DNA of 64,000 nt from Nemertoderma westbladi (taxonomy: Eukaryota; Animalia; Xenacoelomorpha). A program made the position numbers and the translations under genes. The notes under the pieces were generated by a model. That model had not been told where the DNA came from, searched no databases, and saw nothing but the letters and a program-made list of their open reading frames with translations. Location: positions 1 to 64,000 of the forward strand of contig JAUCBJ010000577.1 in assembly GCA_032718475.1 (NCBI GenBank), read 5' to 3'. Below are positions 44,974 to 57,447 of this stretch, in pieces. Every line of letters starts with the position of its first letter. Within the stretch, counting starts at the first letter, position 1.

Positions 44974-47900
44974 TGAGAGCATTCAGTGGATAATATCAAA
45001 GAATAACCTTACATTATTAACGTATCCTAAACTAATAATCGACGTGCCACCGAAACGAGCCCCCGAAGAAGATAATGACAATACAACGGTTGTCCCAGAA
45101 GATAATGGGATTCAATTTGGTGAGTCTGAAACCTGATTATTTTATGAAACTAATTAATTATCACAATTGATTGTCATTTTTTTTATTTTAATTTTTTTCA
45201 ATAAATTCATGCCAACAGCTATCTAGTTTCCATTCCTTGTATAATGGAGTTACCCGAACTCCTGTCTTCGTAACATTAACATTCCATTATTATACTTGAC
45301 TAATATTGGTAATGCAGTTCTTGATCACCCCTTTTAGAATCCACCCTTATATTAGTCCGCATTCGCACTCAAGTCAAAACCAAACATCATGAAGTTGACA
45401 CATTGAAACACTGAAGATGAAATTACAATATTCTATAATAATGATATTTTTTTTAATTTATTATACTTTTGGCTTTTGAATGTTGTGTTTTGACTTGATT
45501 ATCGGAAGCCGGCCTAACATTTAATCCTAAATTGAAAACCAACACTTTGAACGCAACAATAATTAATTTCGAAAATAATCATGTAAAAATTGAATTATCT
45601 TGTTCTCATTTATGTTCTCATATTGAGATACACAGTGTTATTTCAAATAGAAAAAAGCTTTATAATGTTTATTATTAGTTAATATATTTAGTTAATAATT
45701 ATTGTTAATGTAGTTTTTGATGTACTAATGATCCTTACCGGTACCGGTACATTACGTCGCATTACCCCGACCCGAATTTGAACTCAAAGTAATTTTGTAT
45801 TTTTAGGATCCGTTTCATACGAATTTCAAGTTGTGGCTGATATTAGTGTTTCTTGTATGATAGACCCAGGAAACGTAAAGAGCCATCTGGCGGAAGGTTT
45901 ACGCATTGATATTGGGTACATTCAAAACGTGGACGTTAAGGTTTGACATGCTACACAATAATAAATGTACTCGACTGAATAATATTACCTATATTATTAC
46001 TATGCATTATAATATAAAATCAACTGCCCAAAATTTGCTGAGTTGTTTAATGTCTTGTAAATCTGGTTATGTTTTGGCGAAATGAGTGGTGGAACGTTTT
46101 ATTTATATTAAAGCATATTTCTGTCAGATTCCTATGAATGAGAGATTTGTGGTGGAAGTGTTGTACGCCTGCGGATTTCTCAAATTATCCTATAAATATA
46201 ATATATCATTCTATTTTGTTGTTATTTTTAGGTCAAGTTTCTGGCCAGCCGCGAAAGTCTCATAACTGTAGCGTTCACTCTAACTGCACCGGAAGTTGAG
46301 TTAGAAGAACTGGCTTTGAGGACTCACGAAAGCATTAAAAATCAGCAGCTCGAACTTCCTTGCCAGTTGGTGTCTGCACTAGGTTAGCGCACAAGAACTG
46401 CCTTGCCAGTTGGTGTCTGCACTAGGTTAGCGCACTGGAACTGCCTTACCAGTTGGTGTCTGCACTAGGTTAGCGCACAAGAACTGCCTTGCCAGTTGGT
46501 GTCTGCACTAGGTTAGCGCACTGGAACTGCCTTGCCAGTTGGTGTCTGCACTAGGTTAGCGCACTCGAACTGCCTTACCAGTTGGTGTCTGCACTAGGTT
46601 AGCGCACAAGAACTGCCTTGCCAGTTGGTGTCTGCACTAGGTTAGCGCACTGGAACTGCCTTGCCAGTTGGTGTCTGCACTAGGTTAGCGCACTCGAACT
46701 GCCTTACCAGTTGGTGTCTGCACTAGGTTAGCGCACAAGAACTGCCTTGCCAGTTGGTGTCTGCACTAGGTTAGCGCACTGGAACTGCCTTGCCAGTTGG
46801 TGTCTGCACTAGGTTAGCGCACTCGAACTGCCTTGCCAGTTGGTGTCTGCACTAGGTTAGTGCACAAGAACTGCCTTACCAGTTGGTGTCTGCACTAGGT
46901 TAGCGCACTCGAACTGCCTTGCCAGTTGGTGTCTGCACTAGGTTAGTGCACAAGAACTGCCTTACCAGTTGGTGTCTGCACTAGGTTAGCGCACTGGAAC
47001 TGCCTTGCCAGTTGGTGTCTGCACTAGGTTAGCGCACTCGAACTGCCTTGCCAGTTGGTGTCTGCACTAGGTTAGTGCACAAGAACTGCCTTACCAGTTG
47101 GTGTCTGCACTAGGTTAGCGCACTCGAACTGCCTTGCCAGTTGGTGTCTGCACTAGGTTAGCGCACTGGAACTGCCTTGCCAGTTGGTGTCTGCACTAGG
47201 TTAGTGCACAAGAACTGCCTTACCAGTTGGTGTCTGCACTAGGTTAGCGCACTCGAACTGCCTTGCCAGTTGGTGTCTGCACTAGGTTAGCGCACTCGAA
47301 CTGCCTTGCCTGTTGGTGTCTGAACTAGGTTAGCGCACTGGAACTGCCTTGCCAGTTGGTGTCTACACTAGGTTAGCGCACTCGAACTGCCTTGCCAGTT
47401 GGTGTCTGCACTAGGTTAGTGCACAAGAACTGCCTTACCAGTTGGTGTCTGCACTAGGTTAGCGCACTCGAACTGCCTTGCCAGTTGGTGTCTGCACTAG
47501 GTTAGCGCACTGGAACTGCCTTGCCAGTTGGTGTCTGCACTAGGTTAGCGCACTGGAACTGCCTTGCCAGTTGGTGTCTGCACTAGGTTAGCGCACTGGA
47601 ACTGCCTTGCCAGTTGTTGTCTGCACTAGGTTAGTGCACAAGAACTGCCTTACCAGTTGGTGTCTGCACTAGGTTAGCGCACTCGAACTGCCTTGCCAGT
47701 TGGTGTCTGCACTAGGTTAGCGCACTGGAACTGCCTTGCCAGTTGGTGTCTGCACTAGGTTAGTGCACATGAACTGCCTTACCAGTTGGTGTCTGCACTA
47801 GGTTAGCGCACTCGAACTGCCTTGCCAGTTGGTGTCTGCACTAGGTTAGCGCACTGGAACTGCCTTGCCAGTTGGTGTCTGCACTAGGTTAGCGCACTGG

Positions 47901-50900
47901 AACTGCCTTGCCAGTTGGTGTCTGCACTAGGTTAGCGCACTGGAACTGCCTTGCCAGTTGTTGTCTGCACTAGGTTAGTGCACAAGAACTGCCTTACCAG
48001 TTGGTGTCTGCACTAGGTTAGCGCACTCGAACTGCCTTGCCAGTTGGTGTCTGCACTAGGTTAGCGCACTCGAACTGCCTTGCCTATTGGTGTCTGAACT
48101 AGGTTAGCGCACTGGAACTGCCTTGCCAGTTGGTGTCTGCACTAGGTTAGCGCACTCGAACTGCCTTGCCAGTTGGTGTCTGCACTAGGTTAGTGCACAA
48201 GAACTGCCTTACCAGTTGGTGTCTGCACTAGGTTAGCGCACTCGAACTGCCTTGCCAGTTGGTGTCTGCACTAGGTTAGCGCACTGGAACTGCCTTGCCA
48301 GTTGGTGTCTGCACTAGGTTAGCGCACTGGAACTGCCTTGCCAGTTGTTGTCTGCACTAGGTTAGTGCACAAGAACTGCCTTACCAGTTGGTGTCTGCAC
48401 TAGGTTAGCGCACTCGAACTGCCTTGCCAGTTGGTGTCTGCACTAGGTTAGCGCACTGGAACTGCCTTGCCAGTTGGTGTCTGCACTAGGTTAGCGCACT
48501 GGAACTGCCTTGCCAGTTGTTATCTGCACTAGGTTAGCGCACTCGAACTGCCTTGCCAGTTGGTGTCTGCACTAGGTTAGCGCACACAAACTGCCTTACC
48601 AGTTGGTGTCTGCACTAGGTTAGCGCACTCGAACTGCCTTACCAGTTGGTGTCTGCACTAGGTTAGCGCACTCGAACTGCCTTACCAGTTGGTGTCTGCA
48701 CTAGGTTAGCGCACTCGAACTGCCTTGCCAGTTGGTGTCTGCACTAGGTTAGCGCACACGAACTGCCTTGCCAGTTGGTGTCTGCACTAGGTTAGCGCAC
48801 ACAAACTGCCTTACCAGTTGGTGTCTGCACTAGGTTAGCGCACTCGAACTGCCTTACCAGTTGGTGTCTGCACTAGGATATTTAACGTTGTTTTTATTGT
48901 TGCATGTTGTTAGAGCTATGAGTTCCATGATATTTCAAGTGTATATATTACCTTTGTATTACAACTTAAGAGATCTCAAAGTTTCTTCCAATATTTGTTT
49001 AGGAAGCCCCCAGTTCTCCTACATCAGTAGCTATGCCGAATCGGTAATAGTTCCCGTTCTCATTGCACTTATATGTCTCCTTCTTCTCATCCTCATTATC
49101 GTTGTATCTGTCGTGGCTTCGCGAAGAAGGGCTACTTACAGTGGAAGTCGTGGGCCTTCTCTACTTAACGCGGATGCAACGGACGATGTTTCGGAAGAAA
49201 AACCTTCCCCAGCGGTTGTAAAACGTGAACAAGTTAGTATCAATGCGTTTGATTTATTCTTTCTAAAAATGTAAGTTAGAGAATTTAAGAATGACGTAGC
49301 TATGTATATCTACCGTATACGGACTACCGGTACCATCTTTAGGTGACTGATATATGATAGTCATATACGCTCCGGTGTAAAGTGTATGTTTGTTCAAATT
49401 TATTGAACAAAAACATTATGAAGCGATAAAGTTTCTTTTTTTTAATATACACCCCATAATCGGGGTAAATGATTGTTTAATCATTATAAATAAAATTTAA
49501 ACAACATAGTTTAAAAATATCATGTTAAATTAGCACAGTTAATTTCAGCACAATTTCACAGCATTCGATAATGATTTCAAAGAGGGACGGTTGGGGCAGT
49601 CTAGCACGTGGTACAGGGTGATAATAGGCTGAGCCGCCGCAAAAATCTGCAGAAACACTGATCCGATCGATCGTGGAATGGTTCAGAGTTTGTGCATAAG
49701 TTGGAGTGCCAACCATGGGCCGTAGTTTTGGTTATGATGGCGGATCTGTTGGAGGGCTCCTATCCAAGAGGAATTTATAAACGCCGGTCCATTTAAGAAG
49801 CCCTGGTTTATAAAATTACCATCACGCTCTAGTCCGTATTGTCTGTAGTCTTCAATTTTTTCGAGTTTGAAGACGTTCTGTGTTTTATCAATCATATCCT
49901 CACATCCTCAATGTTCCTTCATTTACGGCTCTGAGAGCCATCGTAGCTGGGGCAGTTTCTAAAACATTGATATGGCGGGTATCGTTCGACCTTTAACAAC
50001 AATACAACTTTTTCACTTACCACCCCCTTGAGACGGTCTTAAAATTAACTTTGCAACGCTCGGAGTTTGTTAAACAGTTAAGCACTTTGGGTCGACGGAA
50101 TTTTTTCCATGTAATTATCGCATGGGACAACATACCCTCTCCCATTATGTAGCTTTGTGTTTTGCAATGTAATTTTTAAAAGCACCATTATTGCGATAAC
50201 ACAAGAGTTGACGGGTACCCACTACAGCGCTGTTGTACGCATTTAGATGTGGTAGACTTATTACGAATATTATTGTCTTGCAGTGGGACTTTGTTAGTAT
50301 TGCGAATAATTACGATAAATAGATTGATTGCTTATCATGTTATACTAATTGTGTGTATATCTAAGATAGAAGTTGGTAATTCCCCGGCCACGTTTATCTC
50401 TAAGAACTTACTTATAATGGTCTAGGCATGTGATTTAATTATATGATTAATTATTTAACTACCAATACATAGGTTTTATACCATTACAATTACGCTATTA
50501 ATTATTTATTTATTGAAAGTTAATTATAATTAAGAATTGTGATAGAAATAATTTATCAAACATACGAATTTATAATAATTTGCAACATTCAAAAAGAAAA
50601 AAAGCAAACAGTCGGCCGAAGCCGGAGGCGACCCGAAGGCTCCTCTTTCGATAGCTTCTACCCGAGGGTATGGGTGGGCGCTACTCCTATCCCAAGATTT
50701 GCTCCCAGTTATTTAACTGGTACTCATTAACAAATAATTAAAATTAAATTATAAAATAAAATTAAATTAAAAAAGTATTAAATGATAATTACATTCCATT
50801 ATCTACCAACTGCGTATATTGGTGGGGTTGCCACCCAACTCTCCTGGCATTTGTTACTTTTGTTTAAAAATAGCTTTTATCCGCTCTTTTAAGTTAAAAT

Positions 50901-51877
50901 TAAAATTTATTTTAAGATTGCTTTTTACTGTATTTATATCCTAATGGGGTTTGAAGATCTTTTTACCTAGTAATACAAAACTTAAAGGATATTTCTAAAT
51001 ATTTTGGCATTTAGCTTTGGATAATACTTAGTTAAACACAAAAAACCCATCATAGACACTCTACCCTGTATCCACGGAATATCAACAAAAGCATTTCTTT
51101 TATATCTGGCCGGCGACACAATTTGTCACGAGACTACGAATGTCCATGGAGGGAAGAACTTCACCATTGATTTCACCATATAACTACAGATTGCTTCTAG
51201 TGTTGGTCTTGTTGTAAATTCCAAGAAAACCAACCTCGACAGTCAACCTAGACAGCCCTTAAGAAATGTCTGATCGTAAGGGTATAAGCTCTAAGGACGG
51301 CTTTCTTGAGCACGTGGATGACTTCTGCTACTTGGGATCATGGAACAGAAAGTCATTTCACAAGAATGCTGCGCCGGGCTCATTGTATCAAGTACAATGA
51401 ATACATCTCCAATAAGACTCTATAAAACATTGGAGGTGTTCCATTAGCTTGACACTTGAACGGAACCGTCTCCGCTTTGCAGGACATTGCTTTCGCCGTG
51501 AGGACCAGCCAGTGCATAATCTTGTGCTTTGACCCCCTCATGGAGCAAATAAGAATATGACTTCTTGAGACGCATTCTTGGGACACTGGCCTTGAAATGC
51601 GGATGATCTAGCAAATGGCATGGGTGATACAGTGTTGTGGCGGCGCAATTTTGTGCCGGCACAGCATTCTTAATATATATATGTAATATATATATATAAT
51701 GCAGCATGCCGAACGTAGTAGTAGTAGTAGAACTACGGATGTTAGTGAAAAAAGAATAATAATTACAATGAACTTCATTGTTATTTACTTTACTTGCAAA
51801 ACCATTGGAATAATATGTTTTTAATAACTTTATTTTTTTCTTAGACTTACATTTATCGCTCTGTTAGATTGGAGTGA
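44974..51877 (+). CDS. Last five exons of a single-pass membrane protein (possible SEA-like domain, TM, short tail): 44974-45119, 45807-45940, 46232-46382, 49003-49232, 51845-51877
   Basis: GT-AG boundaries with consistent phases give one open frame; TM VIVPVLIALICLLLLILIIVVSVVA followed by SRRR; 5' exons not found; last exon least certain. Confidence 0.72.
46352..48878. repeat. 43-bp minisatellite, ~59 copies, spanning an exon/intron junction
   Basis: GAACTGCCTTGCCAGTTGGTGTCTGCACTAGGTTAGCGCACTC repeated; first unit is the 3' end of exon 46232-46382. Confidence 0.97.
50612..50730 (-). mobile_element. Possible SINE fragment
   Basis: GC-rich island (GGCGACCCGAAGGCTCC..GGGCGCTACTCC..GGTACTCATT) resembling invertebrate SINE 3' regions; from recall only. 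Confidence 0.35.
51170..51731 (+). mobile_element. Degraded RTE 3' fragment
   Basis: LEHVDDFCYLGSW, FAGHCFRREDQP, (TAG)n tail; similar to 9707-10814. Confidence 0.82.
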
Positions 51878-52203
51878 TATGAACTAGTGCGGAAAAATAT
51901 ATAGAACCCTTTACAGTGCACACTACTATCCTGTTAAACAGGTACGGTTACATCAAAATATAAACACTAAAGAATATAGTTAATTTAATGGTTAGCTATT
52001 TAGCTATTTAGTGATTTTTGTAATTAATTGAACATTATAATTATATACGATTCATCTAAATTTTGCTTAAATTTTGCTTAGTAATTTAATTTTAATTGAA
52101 TTTAATTTATATATAATCAATATCATATCATAATAAACCTAACAAGATGGAAAGAGTTGACTGAAACGAAATCTAATATAACTACGTATTACGTGCTCAT
52201 TTA

Positions 52204-54539
52204 TGGCATACATTTAGTATTAATATGCAATGTTTTTTTCTCAGTGTATTTATTTTCTCAATGTTTTTTTTCTCAATATTTGATTGGTCATGCTTTTTTT
52301 CTCAACATCTGATTGGTCAAATCTAAAATAATTATTTTCTCAATGTATTTATTTTCTCAATGTTTTTTTTCTCAATATCCGATTGGCTAATCCGAGTATT
52401 TATATTCTCAATATCTGATTGGCTGAGCCCGGCCTTTTTTTCTCAATATCCGATTGGTTAATCCGTGTATTTATTTTCTCAATATCTGATTGGTCGCACC
52501 TCCAGCTGTCATCCTTTAGGTCCCTCTGCCGCCTGTGGCCTGTGACGTGCATCTAGTAGTCTATTACTGTATTATTACAGTATTATAATAAGTACTGCTG
52601 TAAACTGTCCACTGTCTGGTCTGTGTAAAGGTATAAGTCCATTACAGCATCGCCTACCGGTACAATAGGCAGAGATAGCAGAATAACCTACTGTAGATGC
52701 TGACAGCTGGAGGTGCGACCAATCAGATATTGAGAAAATAAGTATACGGATTAACCAATCGGATATAGAGAAAAAAATCATGGTTCATCCAATCAGGAAG
52801 ATATTGAGCAAAAAAGGCAGGGCTCGGCCAATCAGACACTGATAAAAAAATACACGGTTTATCCAATCGGATATTGAGCAAAAAAGGCAGGGCTCGGCCA
52901 ATCAGAGACTGAGTAAAAAATACACTGTTTATCCAATCGGATATTGAGTAAAAAAGGCAGGGCTCGGCCAATCAGACACTGAGAAAAAAATACACGGTTT
53001 ATCCAATCGGATATTGAGTAAAAAAGGCAGGGCTCGGCCAATCAGAGACTGAGTAAAAAATACACTGTTTATCCAATCGGATATTGAGTAAAAAAGGCAG
53101 GGCTCGGCCAATCAGAGACTGAGTAAAAAATACACTGTTTATCCAATCGGATATTGAGTAAAAAAGGCAGGGCTCGGCCAATCAGACACTGAGAAAAAAA
53201 TACACGGTTTATCCAATCGGATATTGAGCAAAAAGGGTAGGGCTCGGCCAATCAGACACTGAGAAAAAAATACACGGTTTATCCAATCGGATATTGAGCA
53301 AAAAGGGTAGGGCTCGGCCAATCAGACATTGAGAAAAAAATACACGGTTTATCCAATCGGATATTGAGTAAAAAAGGCAGGGCTCGGCCAATCAGACACT
53401 GAGAAAAAAATACACGGTTTATCCAATCGGATATTGAGCAAAAAGGGTAGGGCTCGGCCAATCAGACACTGAGAAAAAAAATACACGGTTTATCCAATCG
53501 GATATTGAGCAAAAAGGGTATGGCTCGGCCAATCAGACACTGATAAAAAAATACACGGTTTATCCAATCGGATATTGAGCAAAAAAGGCAGGGCTCGGCC
53601 AATCAGACATTGAGAAAAAAATACACGGTTTATCCAATCGGATATTGAGCAAAAAGGGTAGGGCTCGGCCAATCAGACACTGAGAAAAAAATACACGGTT
53701 TATCCAATCGGATATTGAGCAAAAAAGGCAGGGCTCGGCCAATCAGACACTGAGAAAAAAATACACGGTTTATCCAATCGGATATTGAGCAAAAAAGGTA
53801 GGGCTCGGACAATCAGATATTGGGAAAAAATTACCCAGTTTATCCAATCGGATATTGAGCAAAAAAGGTAGGGCTCGGCCAATCAGACACTGAGAAAAAA
53901 ATACACGGTTTATCCAATCGGATATTGAGCAAAAAGGGTAGGGCTCGGCCAATCAGACACTGAGAAAAAAATACACGGTTTATCCAATCGGATATTGAGC
54001 AAAAAAGGCAGGGCTCGGCCAATCAGACACTGAGAAAAAAATACACGGTTTATCCAATCGGATATTGAGCAAAAAAGGCAGGGCTCGGCCAATCAGACAT
54101 TGAGAAAAAAATACACGGTTTATCCAATCGGATATTGAGCAAAAAGGGTAGGGCTCGGCCAATCAGACACTGAGAAAAAAATACACGGTTTATCCAATCG
54201 GATATTGAGCAAAAAAGGCAGGGCTCGGCCAATCAGACATTGAGAAAAAAATACACGGTTTATCCAATCGGATGTTGAGCAAAAAAGGTAGGGCTCGGAC
54301 AATCAGATATTGGGAAAAAATTACCCAGTTTATCCAATCGGATATTGAGCAAAAAAGGTAGGGCTCGGCCAATCAGACACTGAGAAAAAAATACACTGTT
54401 TATCCAATCGGATATTGAGCAAAAAAGGTAAGGCTCGGCCAATCAGATATTGAGAAAAAAAAACCATTAAGAAAAAAAACATTGAGAAAATAAATACACT
54501 GAGAAAAATACATTGAATATTAATACTAAATGTATGCCA
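52204..54539. mobile_element. Foldback-type TIR element with one arm expanded
   Basis: TA|TGGCATACATTTAGTATTAATA...TATTAATACTAAATGTATGCCA|TA; inner arm ends mirrored near 52510 and 52701. Confidence 0.85.
52790..54455. repeat. 70-bp tandem array (~24 copies), two CCAAT boxes per unit
   Basis: GGCCAATCAGACACTGAG..TTATCCAATCGGATATTGAG.. repeated. Confidence 0.96.
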
Positions 54540-54853
54540 TACTCGTTCGCTCGACTCTAAACGATCGCTCAAAAATAAAGTGCTAATATATTTAAGTAAT
54601 TATTTCCATGTAATAAATAATATGCATGCTATTATTTCCAAATATATTTTCCACTGGTTTACCATTTCTATTAAGTTGACATTGTGTAATTATTTTTATT
54701 TATATTTTATATTAAATTCCTTACATTGTTAGTTACTGTAAATAAATCAAGAAAAAATAACAGAAGATCAAAAATATTTAAAGAAGTGATAGTATTTGGA
54801 TGAGTCAGTGTGATTGTCTTCTAGATATTAATCTTATTTATAAATAATTGATT

Positions 54854-56491
54854 ATGGATAGATTACCCCGCCAAGAAGGTTTGCGATCAAATGATGAGGA
54901 TGAATTCTTTTCGGCAGATGAAGAATTTTGGAGAGGTGGGGAAGATGATAGGGAAATACTTATAGAAGAGGATAATGGAACTGCAACAACAGAGACAGAA
55001 GACGGTAGTTCCGAGAGTGGAACGTCACAAGCTCATCGCCAACCCATTGATTGTGGCACCTCTATGAGATCCTTGGGTTTACTCTACTGTATGCTCTTGG
55101 TCGTTATATCTATTGTGCTGCCAATCACTGAAATATTGCAACCGTCGCTATGGAAACCCTCATACACTTACTGTTGGGCCATCGGAATGTTTGTTGTAGG
55201 AATCGCATCAAATTTATACATTGGTTTCCTACCGGATAACCAAAGGGGAGAAGAAACACGAGTCGCTAATATTGTTATAAAATGCGCATGCGCAATATGT
55301 GGAGGGATTGGCGTTTTGAATGCATCTCTAGAAATTGCAGCTTTCATTGCCTTCAAACATACATGCACAACTGTAATGGAGCCAATTTCATTCGGGTTTC
55401 AATTTGTTTTCGTTTTCTCCCAGTTTAAGTTGTTGTTTGTCGATTGCAACCGTTGTTTGTCGAGCACTTGGGGAGTTCGGATGTCGTTGGTTCATATTCT
55501 AGCCACTGATATATTTATTTGGATTTATCTAATTATTTTGGAAGCAAGGAATGATCTAGATTTGGGGGGCGAGATTGATGTTTCCATGACAACGCCTCTG
55601 CCATCTCCTATTCCCTGGGTGATTGTTTGTCTGTATGATTCCAGCACTCTTCTCGGAAAGTTTATCCTAACAATTAAACCTCTACTCTATGCGTTTACCG
55701 TTGAGTACGCTGTAACCTCAGCCACTGTTGTCCATGCTATGCTAAAAGCTAGTGATAACAATATCGATGGCCCGCAAATTGTTAACGACGATGACAACGG
55801 CAGACGGAATCCCTGCCTTCGCATTCGTGTGATAACAAACCCCCCTGTGATTGGGGCCGTTCTGGGGGTAGTTTCGATTATTCTTATGATTACCGTGGTC
55901 CTTTGCTACAATTATCTTTATAAGGATTACCCCCAGACTATGGTGAGCATCTATTCATGGACCCAAATTAGCTTCGGAGTATTGATGGTTGGTGCCACTG
56001 GATTCAGCTGGTGGAAATTGACCAAATACCACGAGCGTTTCAAATCCAATAAACATTCTCTGGATGAAAACATTCTAATTGTTTCACTTTTTGGATTATT
56101 TGCTCATGAGTGTTTTACTCTCGTTGCCACAGCCACAATCCTAAATCCTCTGGAAAATCTTACATCCTTTCTTTTCTTTATAGAATCCGGTTTACAAACT
56201 GCGCTCATTTTCGATGCGTTGAAACGGAAACCATCGCAAGCAGAAATACATAGTCGCCAAGCCGTGATGTACCTCCTCTGTACTAACATCGCGTACTGGA
56301 TTCAAAGTATATTCGAGGTCCAAGCGCCAGATTCTTCGCCTGTTCAAGAAGCGTTCTACACAAAGAGGTCGTGGGAGATCATCATGCACATTTGTGGACC
56401 ATTTGAAATTCTGTTTCGGTTTCACTCCTTTGCATGTCTCTGCGACATCGTCAATGAAACTTACATACTTCATATAGAAAGACACATTTAG
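54854..56491 (+). CDS. Otopetrin-family proton channel-like protein, intronless ORF
   Basis: Multi-TM; HILATDIFIW, LYAFTVEY, LQTALI, RQAVMYLLCTNIAYW, W.IIMHICGPFEILFRFHS..CL match otopetrin motifs. Confidence 0.88.
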   Translation: MDRLPRQEGLRSNDEDEFFSADEEFWRGGEDDREILIEEDNGTATTETEDGSSESGTSQAHRQPIDCGTSMRSLGLLYCMLLVVISIVLPITEILQPSLWKPSYTYCWAIGMFVVGIASNLYIGFLPDNQRGEETRVANIVIKCACAICGGIGVLNASLEIAAFIAFKHTCTTVMEPISFGFQFVFVFSQFKLLFVDCNRCLSSTWGVRMSLVHILATDIFIWIYLIILEARNDLDLGGEIDVSMTTPLPSPIPWVIVCLYDSSTLLGKFILTIKPLLYAFTVEYAVTSATVVHAMLKASDNNIDGPQIVNDDDNGRRNPCLRIRVITNPPVIGAVLGVVSIILMITVVLCYNYLYKDYPQTMVSIYSWTQISFGVLMVGATGFSWWKLTKYHERFKSNKHSLDENILIVSLFGLFAHECFTLVATATILNPLENLTSFLFFIESGLQTALIFDALKRKPSQAEIHSRQAVMYLLCTNIAYWIQSIFEVQAPDSSPVQEAFYTKRSWEIIMHICGPFEILFRFHSFACLCDIVNETYILHIERHI

Positions 56492-57447
56492 CTAATTTTG
56501 TGACGTAAATAAAAATAAAATATAATAAACATATAATAATTATATAGTTAATTAAGTTAAATTTATTTGTAAGCTCTATATGAAATAGCTTTTATTTCTT
56601 ATAATATAGACATATATAAATATTATGCTATAATATAGTGTACAAGTTATAAACATGAAATAAAAATATTTTAAGGATAAGAACAAGTGCTGGTAGCCTA
56701 GAAATACGTAGTTCGACGTAAATTATGAAGAATGGACGGATATGCACAGTTCATAAAAAATATGAAAATAAACTTAAGGTATGAAAATGCATATAACATG
56801 TGAAAGTGGATTGCGAATGTAGGATAGATAAGTTACTAAATATTTATTTGTACAACTCCCTGTCACCTTATTCGAATGATTTCTTAATACGGGCAGCTTT
56901 ACCTGCCTGTACGTACACTCAACGCAATGCGCCGATGTAGATGCTCATTGGCCCCCGTGTTCCTTCTCACCTTCACTTCACCACGCCCGAGTTTACGGAG
57001 AAAATCAATCATGCTTGCCCAACATCCAGGGTCGTAACACCGATTGTTTGTACTTGAAGATAGTTTACTGTACTTCCTAACATTTGATCTTCTGCTTCCT
57101 TGGACACAGATGAACCATCAACCTTCAACCATGGCCATTAAATCATGGCCATCGCGTAACAACGATACAAAAGTACGATTAGTAGAAAAAGGTCAAGGTT
57201 TTTTAATCTACATGCATCTAATGCATTAGTTCATGAAGTTTGAAAATTGAAGTCACAAAATCTGTAAGGGGAATATTGCTGCTGTAAACCGCTGTGCCTC
57301 CAGTTAGATCATTTTAAGGCTGGTATTGTTCAGCATGGAAATTCGCTTTTCGTTCGTTTCTGAAGAGGTTTTACTGTTATAGAAATGCTGAGTTTTAAAT
57401 CGTTATTATAATAACTGCATTAAATGAAAAAATAGCCTTGTTATTAC

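Noticed and set aside
48861-49274. 137-aa stand-alone ORF
   Set aside because: It is the TM exon 49003-49232 plus flanking intron read in frame
49525-50100. Possible DNA-transposase remnant in the intron
   Set aside because: Only vague motif resemblance; not assignable by eye
52575-54572. Series of 60-aa ORFs on the - strand
   Set aside because: Produced by the 70-bp tandem repeat
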